In this document: piece after piece, positions 56,080 to 64,000 of the stretch | Layout: the number at the start of each line of letters is the position of its first letter | How positions within the stretch are numbered: the first letter of the stretch is position 1 | From: Eledone cirrhosa | Lineage: Eukaryota | Length of the DNA stretch: 64,000 nucleotides | Reading direction: 5' to 3' | Assembly: GCA_964016885.1 (NCBI GenBank) | Contig: OZ024744.1 | Coordinates: 74,276,001 to 74,340,000 of the forward strand | Made by a program: the position numbers and the translations under genes | The notes under the pieces: model-generated | Told to the model about the DNA's origin: nothing | Seen by the model: only the letters and a program-made list of their open reading frames with translations | Database searches by the model: none

Positions 56080-56260
56080 GCAGGATCGGTAAAGCGTCAG
56101 TCACTATACCATGCAGGATAGATTTAAGACCCTTTATGTTCTGAGTTCAAATCCAACCGAGGTTAACTTTGCCTTTTATCCTTACGGGGTCGGTAAAATA
56201 AAGTACCAGTAATGCACTGTGTAATTACTGGCATTGTTCCAAAAGTAGAAACATTTATTT
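56080..56260 (+). mobile_element. SINE family B, tandem copy 1
   Basis: GCAGGATCGGTAAAGCGTC head, GAGTTCAAATCC B box, GAGGTTAACTTTGCCTTTTATCCTTACGGGGTCGGTAAAATAAAGTACCAGT body, AAAGTAGAAACATTTATTT tail. Confidence 0.85.
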
Positions 56261-56460
56261 AAAACGGTGGATTGACAGTATCGGTAGAGCATCAGGCAGC
56301 ATACTTTGCAGCATAGAGTTAAGGCCCTTTATGTTCTGAGTTCAAATCCTACCGAGGTTAGCTTTGCCTTTTATCCTTACGGTGTCGATACACTAAAGCA
56401 CCAGTAATACATTGGGGGTTTTTGCTGGCCTTGTGACAAAAGTAGAAACAATTATCGTTA
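56261..56460 (+). mobile_element. SINE family B, tandem copy 2
   Basis: TGACAGTATCGGTAGAGCATC head, GAGTTCAAATCC, same body, AAAGTAGAAACAATTAT tail. Confidence 0.85.
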
Positions 56461-56462
56461 AA

Positions 56463-56670
56463 CAAGCGGTCGATGGCCAGTATCGGTAAAGCGTCGGACA
56501 ACATGCTTAGCGGCATAGCATTATGGCCCTTTACGTTCTGAGTTCAAACTCCGCCTTTCATCCTTACGGGGTCGATAAAATAAAGTACCAGTAACGCAGT
56601 GGAATCGATGTAATCTACTTTCCCCTTTCCCCCCAAATTGTTGACCTTGTGCCTAAATGACAAACCATTA
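56463..56670 (+). mobile_element. SINE family B, tandem copy 3
   Basis: GGCCAGTATCGGTAAAGCGTCGG head, GAGTTCAAACTCC with a short internal deletion, GCCTTTCATCCTTACGGGGTCGATAAAATAAAGTACCAGT, longer 3' part (GATGTAATCTACTTTCCCC). Confidence 0.85.
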
Positions 56671-56778
56671 ACTTTAAACATTAATCACACTTTGAGGAAT
56701 CTATTCTTAATATGAAAAAAATACAGGATGGTCAGGGATGGAATACATATACTCAGTTAAGCTTGATTTGTATTAAAA

Positions 56779-57707
56779 AACAACAACAACAACAACAACA
56801 ACAATCAGAACTACCATGATGAATGCCACCAATACTACTACTACTACTACTACTACTACTACGATAACCAACAGTACCTGTAGCACCAGCACTGTGAAAT
56901 ATTATCATAAACACCACCACCACCACCATCACAAATATTACTATCACAACATACCACCATCACAGCACAGCGCCATAACATAACATGTCACTCACACCAC
57001 CAGCACTACACATCCCAATTTCCACCTCACCCCATCACCATGATGATACGTTCGTCCGCCCCTACTCCCTTACTACAACATCATTGCAATACATTACAAC
57101 CACCATTCGCCAGCAATACCACTAAAACACAAGACACACTATACCTAACGCTATAATAACACACTATCATGCCCACTTTCACCTATATCAACAACACCAT
57201 CACAACCACTACCAGCACCACCACTACCAGCACCACCACTACAACAAACACCACCACAACTGCAGTAGCATATCAACAATAACAATGTCTCCAGAACACC
57301 ACCACCACCAACAGCAACAACAGTAACTTCCACCAACAACACAACTAATAACAACAACTATCACCACCACCTCCAACACTAACAACAACAACAACAACAA
57401 AGACAACAATGAAAACGCAGCCAACAGACCAGCCTCGACCACCACATACAACTACCACCACCTCCAGCACCACCACCAACAACTACCACTACCACCATTA
57501 CCACCACCACCACCACCACCACTACCACCACCAACAACAACAACAACTACCACCACTACCACCACCAACAATAACACAAATTACCACCACCACCACCACC
57601 ACCACCACAACCACCACCACCAACAACAACAACTACCACCACCACCACCACCACCTCCAACAACAACAACACCAACAACAACAACTACCACCACTACCAC
57701 CACCACC

Positions 57708-57739
<32 letters not shown>

Positions 57740-57922
57740 CAACAACAACAACTACCACCACCACCAACAACAACCACCACCACCACCAGCAACAACAATA
57801 ACTACCACCACCACCACTACCACCACCACCACCACTACCATAACCACCAACAACAACAACAGCAACTACCACCACCACCACCACTACCACCACCACCACC
57901 AACAACAACAACCATTACCACC

Positions 57923-57954
<32 letters not shown>

Positions 57955-58766
57955 CTACCATTACCACCACCACCAACAACAACAACAACTACCACCACCA
58001 CCACCAACAACAACAACAACTACCACCACTACCACCACCACCAACAACAACAATAACAACAGTCACACAACGATGAAAACCACAGCACCGTCAACAACTA
58101 CGACAACTACAACAACAACAAAAATATCAACCAGAATAACAACCACCACCACCAACATCACCCCCACCACCACCATCAACACCACCGCCACCATCACGAC
58201 CATCACCACACCACCAATACCACCAATAACAATCACTACAATAATAACCACAACAACAATGCCAATAGAACAACAATACCACTGGAATGACCACAACAAC
58301 AACAACAACAAACAACAAAAGCAACAACAACATCACCAACAATAACAAAACCACCAACAACAAAAGCAACAACAACAACAAATCAAAGCAACACCAACGT
58401 CACATATAATATCAAGCACAACAGCAATAATCACTCCCCCACCACCACCAACGACAACAACAATAACGACAACACCAACAGCAGCACCACTACCACCACC
58501 ACAAACTACAACAACAGCAACAGCAATAAAAACACCATCAACACCACAACCAACAACAACAATAACAACAACAATGCCAACACCACTAACAATAACAACA
58601 ACACCACCACCACCAACGACAACAACAAAAGCAACGATAACAGTCACACAACAATGCCAACACCACTAACAATAACAACACCACCACCGCCACCATCACC
58701 ACCACCACCAACAACAAAAACAATAGCACCACCACCAGCAACAACAACACAATCACGAACACTACC

Positions 58767-58798
<32 letters not shown>

Positions 58799-59315
58799 CA
58801 ACAACACCATCACCAACACTACTACTACCACCACCAACAACAAAACAATCACCAACACTACCACTACCATCACCAACAACAACAACACAATCACCAACAC
58901 TACTACTATCACCACCACCAGCAACAACAACAACAACAACAGCAACAACAACAATAACAACATAAACACCACCAACAACAACAAGTAACAAAACAATAAA
59001 AGAAACTACAAGTACAACAGCACCAACACCACCACCACTACCACCACCACCACCACCACCACCACCACCACCACCACCACCACCACCACCACCACCACCA
59101 CCACCAACCACAACAACAACAACAACAACAACAACAGCAACAACAACAGTAACAACATAACCACCACCAACAACAACAAGTAACAAAACAATAAAAGAAA
59201 CTACAAGTACAACAGCACCAACCTCACCACCACCACCACCACCACCACCAACACCACCACCAACCACAACAACAACAATATCAACAACTACAATAACAGT
59301 ATCAACAACGACAAC
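56779..59315. repeat. Compound (CAC)n/(CAA)n/(CTA)n low-complexity tract
   Basis: Almost G-free + strand; source of the poly-V/G/L/T/P/H ORFs; contains internal duplications. Confidence 0.95.
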
Positions 59316-59699
59316 CGTTAGACGACACACACAAGGTCTGTTCAGACTTGTTCTTTCCCAGTTCTCTTCAATCAACACATAATTTCGTTCTACGCCGGTT
59401 CACCTGTCACTTCATTTTGTCTCTTTTATTCTTACCTCGCAATCTAGCAACGTTTACCCAAATAATTAGGCTATTTTTTTTTCTCCCTTCTACTTCTTCT
59501 TTGCTTTCTTTATCCACCCCACCGCCTGTTCTGTTCTTAATTTGTTCCAGTTTTTTTTCTCTTCTTTGCTTTCTCTTGTTTTCCTTCCTTTTAAATCTAA
59601 ATTTCCTTTTGTCTTTCTTTCTTTCTTTTTTTTTCTTTCATTCTTACTTTTTTTCTATTTTTCTTTCTGTCCGTCTGCTTGTATTTATTTCCTAATTTA

Positions 59700-59798
59700 T
59701 CTATTTATTTATTGGTATCTATATATCTACATATCTATCTATCTATCTACCTCTCTCTCTATCTATCTCTCTTACTTTCTCTTTCTCTATCTCTCTTA

Positions 59799-59838
<40 letters not shown>

Positions 59839-59846
59839 CTCTCTTA

Positions 59847-59908
<62 letters not shown>
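59700..59908. repeat. (TCTA)/(CT)n/(TA)n compound microsatellite
   Basis: Direct reading; the CTCTTACT(CT)n(TA)n unit occurs twice. Confidence 0.95.
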
Positions 59909-59910
<2 letters not shown>

Positions 59911-60112
59911 GGGTTTGAAGGTTCACCACTGGATAGAGCTGGTCAATTCCGTATGGTCAATCTTAATGTAATAATATGGAGAGTACTCAACGTAAAGCAG
60001 TTCAACCGTCTTCGTTTTTGTAGTTGGTGGTGCTAGTACGGAGTTAAATATTATAATAATTGATTTTCAGCCCCATAGATTTTACCTAATACATTCATTT
60101 ATTGTATTTCCA

Positions 60113-60170
60113 ATACCTGATGATATCACCGGATTCATACGGAACCCGGTCATTGAAATGATCATAGTAT
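60113..60170 (+). ncRNA. Type I minimal hammerhead ribozyme-like motif
   Basis: Stem I ATAC/GTAT, CTGATGA 60117-60123, stem II ATCACCGG...CCGGTCAT (one mismatch, U-U closing), GAAA 60155-60158, palindromic stem III ATGATCAT, AUA triplet ending 60166. Confidence 0.7.
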
Positions 60171-60242
60171 AATAAAGCTTTCAAGGATTTACACAAGTCC
60201 AGCCTCCTGTCATTTTATTATAATATTATATATATATATATA

Positions 60243-60549
60243 TGTGCATCTGAAAACCTAATTATATATATATATTTTGACCTGCTCAGGTTGTCAAGAA
60301 TATTACATAGGACAGACAAAAAACGGCCCCCGACAACGTATGACCGTCCATAAATCCCTAATCAAAATACAGGAATACAGAAAGATTGCGTTTAGTGAAC
60401 ATATCGCCAACCTACATCGAAACTTTAAAAATTTCCCCATTTACAAATTAATTGACAACGTTACTTTCATCCCTCGTACCAATAAGGAAATGTATTTTAT
60501 TAACAAATTCCAACCTCTACTTAATGGACTAAACTTCGGACTAAACTAA
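60243..60549 (+). pseudogene. GIY-YIG endonuclease fragment of a Penelope-like retroelement (Neptune-like)
   Basis: CASENLI (60243-60263), TA-repeat frameshift, then LTCSGCQEYYIGQTKNGPRQRMTVH...FSEH...KEMYFINKFQPLLN: CxxC, YIG-T, catalytic R, two His, E and terminal P-x-LN. Confidence 0.85.
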
Positions 60550-60984
60550 GACTGGAACGAACAATGAAACATTTACAAATACCTATGTCTCTCTAAAGAG
60601 TTACCTCCCTCACACCTACCTAATACTTTTTCTTAAATAAATTAAATAGCATCCCCCATTTCTCCCCCGCCCTGAATTACCTCCCCCTGCTTATTAACTC
60701 TCTAAAAAAGGGAAATCATATCAAACCCCAGACCACCATTTGCCTCCATCATGGATCAACTAACCAGTCTTGCTCTATTAACACATTTTGATCTGCTTAT
60801 CTTCAAGAACTATGCCTGTAAATAACATTATCTTTTCTTTCACATTGCCTTATTATGTTCCGCATTGCCTCCCTTTTTGTCGTTTTTCTTTTCACTTCAT
60901 AAACCTTGTTTGTAAATAACATTATTCTTTCTGCACCAATTCTTTAGCATGTCCAAAACCACCATTCTATACCAATACATATTT

Positions 60985-61030
60985 TTATCATTTGATAATG
61001 CATACAAATGCTGAAACCGGTAATTGACAA
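60985..61030 (+). ncRNA. Degenerate hammerhead-like motif
   Basis: TTGATAA (two changes from CTGATGA), stem II GCAT/ATGC, GAAA, palindromic ACCGGT then A; partial stem I. Confidence 0.45.
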
Positions 61031-61218
61031 TTATTAAATATATAAATAAATAACTAAATGCCATTGTCAATTAATAAATAAGTCAACTAATACCTTAACA
61101 CTTCACACAAAGTAAAATATTTCGTTTTAATCATTTTCTAACCCAGAAAAAAAGAGAGAGAAAAATAAAAAATAAAAAAAAATATTTTTCTTCCTAATAA
61201 TCGTTTTTTTCTCCCTGT

Positions 61219-61223
<5 letters not shown>

Positions 61224-61289
<66 letters not shown>
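61224..61289. repeat. (TA)n microsatellite
   Basis: Direct reading. Confidence 0.97.
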
Positions 61290-61291
<2 letters not shown>

Positions 61292-61510
61292 TAGAAGGGA
61301 TATTTAATTTGTTGGAAATTCAACAAATATAAATGTTTATAATTGATTCACAGCACTCGACAGTTTTCTGGAGTAAATATTCAATGATATTAAATAAATG
61401 CTAACTATATTTATAAAACCATATTTATTCTATTATATATATTTCAAGGGTACCAACAACTTTGGTACGCTTTCAACAATATCTGTTTTAACACATAAAA
61501 CAGATATTGT

Positions 61511-61632
61511 TATACTTTGGGAGAGTCATGCTGCCAATAAAAACAGACGCACCTGTTTTCACTTCAATAAATCGAAGTGAAAACCTACAGGTGTGTGTGT
61601 TTTTATTGGCAGCATTACTCTCCCAAAGTATA
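61511..61632. mobile_element. 122-bp fold-back palindrome (MITE-like)
   Basis: Arms 61511-61556 and 61587-61632 are complementary at 43/46 positions; inner stem TTTCACTTC/GAAGTGAAA; TATA at both ends. Confidence 0.65.
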
Positions 61633-61741
61633 CAAATATATATATACAATAACTATAATAAAGTTATAGAATATATTTTTATCCAGAATATATTTTTTTA
61701 ACCCGTTTGTGAAATAAGCTGGATTACTTTGAATAAATAAT

Positions 61742-61916
61742 TGTTTCTACTTTAGGCACAAAGCCAGCAAATACCCAGTGCATTACTGGTACTTTATTTT
61801 ATCGACCTCGTAAGGGTGAAAGGCAAAGTTAACCTCGGCGGGATTTGAACTCAGATCGTAAAGGGACGTAACTATGCTGGAAAGCATGGCGTCCGACCCT
61901 GTACCGATACTGCCAA
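61742..61916 (-). mobile_element. SINE family B with 17-bp target-site duplication
   Basis: Minus strand TGGCAGTATCGGTACAGGGTCGG...GAGTTCAAATCCCGCCGAGGTTAACTTTGCC...AAGTACCAGT...AGTAGAAACA; TACTTTGAATAAATAAT at 61725-61741 and 61917-61933. Confidence 0.92.
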
Positions 61917-62364
61917 TACTTTGAATAAATAATGAATGAATATTACATAATTTAGCTACTAAATTCCGTATCACTTGATTAAATATAAATAATTCTATTG
62001 CTTATTTTAAGATTCACTTCTTTAAAATCTTCAAATCTCAACACTTCCGGTTAGCGATCGCTTAAATAAACATTCATATATTTCTGTCACTAATTTCTTT
62101 CCTAATGCATTTTATATATAATATATATATATATATATTTTAATATATCATGTATTAGGTTACTGATTACATAAGAGAGTGTAACGCAGACTTCGTTCAA
62201 ATTCTGTGCATATTGTCAATTACGATTTCATTTGATGAATCATATATATATATATACTTGCGTATAAAATCAATATGCACACTACAAATACTAGCAGAAA
62301 ACCACCCGAAGGGTGGTTTACAATCGGTACAGTATATGGAAGGAATAGATTAGGTTAACGCGTG

Positions 62365-62515
<151 letters not shown>

Positions 62516-63118
62516 AGAGGGACAGAGTGTGTTTGTGTATCTTATACATGTCACTAAAGAGTCGATAAAATATCGTTCCTAGGAAAATACACAACCTCAA
62601 GCAACTTAAACATGAGGATCCTAACCAAAATTCCTGGCCGTCAAAACAGTCTGTGAATTAAAAAATAAATAAGTCAGGCCACTTCAATCGAATGAGATGG
62701 TCATCATCACCAGATCAAATCCTTCGACTGTATTTACAGTTTCTGAATCGGAGAATAAATCAAACCATATAAATAGAACGATATGACCATCAGTCCCAGA
62801 ACCAATTCTTCATCGGTGGGTTAACAGAAAATAGATACCTATTAAGAGAGATTTTGTTCCATCTTTCATCCATCCAACATGATAAGATAAAAATTAAAAA
62901 CAATAATATCGCACACAAGCTGAACCTATTAAACAAGTAAATATCTGTAAAAATGGATAAAAAGACAGACCTAAGATACCGCTAGAAATACAGTCAATAG
63001 AGGTTGTCTAATGAGCTCATATATACATATGTATATATGTAGATAGATACTCTGCTCTGTAAGAGCATAGAGTGCTCAACCGGCATACCGCCTATGGAAG
63101 CATCTTAGCTACCATCAG

Positions 63119-63150
<32 letters not shown>

Positions 63151-63261
63151 ATATATATATAAATATTAAGTTGTTAAACAATATTCGATGATTATGTCAA
63201 AGAATGAGTGTTACAGTAGATTGGAAGCACTCAACGTGAAAATAATTTTCAGGAGTTATTA

Positions 63262-63604
<343 letters not shown>

Positions 63605-64000
63605 TAAGTATTTCCGTAGAAAAGGTAAAGGAAAGAAGAGTGCTCTATTGCTCTATGTATTGTGCAGAGCTATTTAATTACATAATAAACAACATAACAT
63701 AATAAACAACACATTACATAATAAACAACACAATATAATTATTTCATTACCAATAAAAATAAAAAAGTGAGACGGTATCACGCATTCATCTTCAGTTTAT
63801 TACATCATACTGTTATGCACATTTCAAAGATATCAAAGTCGATGTATGATAATTCTTTGATGCTCGTTTGTAGAAAGGCGGTCAAATCAAGTCCCATAGT
63901 ATGACGATCATATCAAAAACAAAAACATTATAACATTACTCCTAAATACCAATTTGATGACAACTTGCCAAATAATTGTTACACAACCACTTTCATGTCT

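Larger units (their letters stand above)
60243..61030 (+). mobile_element. 5'-truncated Penelope-like element (EN plus 3' region ending in a decayed hammerhead)
   Basis: GIY-YIG fragment followed ~440 nt later by a hammerhead-like motif, the usual arrangement of a PLE 3' pseudo-LTR; (TA)n on both sides. 3' boundary approximate. Confidence 0.6.

Noticed and set aside
56080-56560. tRNA genes at GAGTTCAAATCC B boxes
   Set aside because: No cloverleaf; they are SINE heads followed by a shared non-tRNA body.
56753-59378. Mucin/extensin-like or Gly/Val-rich ORFs
   Set aside because: Open in many frames on both strands because of CAC/CAA repeats; no domain or splice evidence.
61446-61473. AGGGTACCAACAACTTTGGTAC resembling a Tc1 terminal repeat
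   Set aside because: Too short, and no partner TIR or transposase was found.
63768-63800. Minus-strand CTGAAGA...GATACCGTC as a fourth hammerhead
   Set aside because: GAAA is altered and stems I and II cannot be formed.

Overview
Eukaryotic, gene-free, repeat-dominated window; the SINE families resemble ones I recall from Octopus/cephalopod genomes (inference, not searched). Bases 1-~46,846 are one array of ~680 copies of a 69-bp satellite. It has two overlapping dyad symmetries, nested kb-scale higher-order duplications and a single 94-bp internal inversion. The array edge is followed by nested tRNA-derived SINEs and trinucleotide microsatellites. Then come two head-to-tail L1/Tx1-type LINEs on the minus strand (one ~6 kb full-length but decayed, one 5'-truncated), both ending in (ATT)n, followed by a tandem trio of SINEs and ~2.5 kb of CAC/CAA low complexity. 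The AT-rich last 4 kb holds a Penelope-like GIY-YIG fragment, three hammerhead-ribozyme-like motifs (two complete type I folds), a 122-bp fold-back element and a SINE with a 17-bp TSD. No host protein-coding gene is supportable. All alignments and folds were done by eye.
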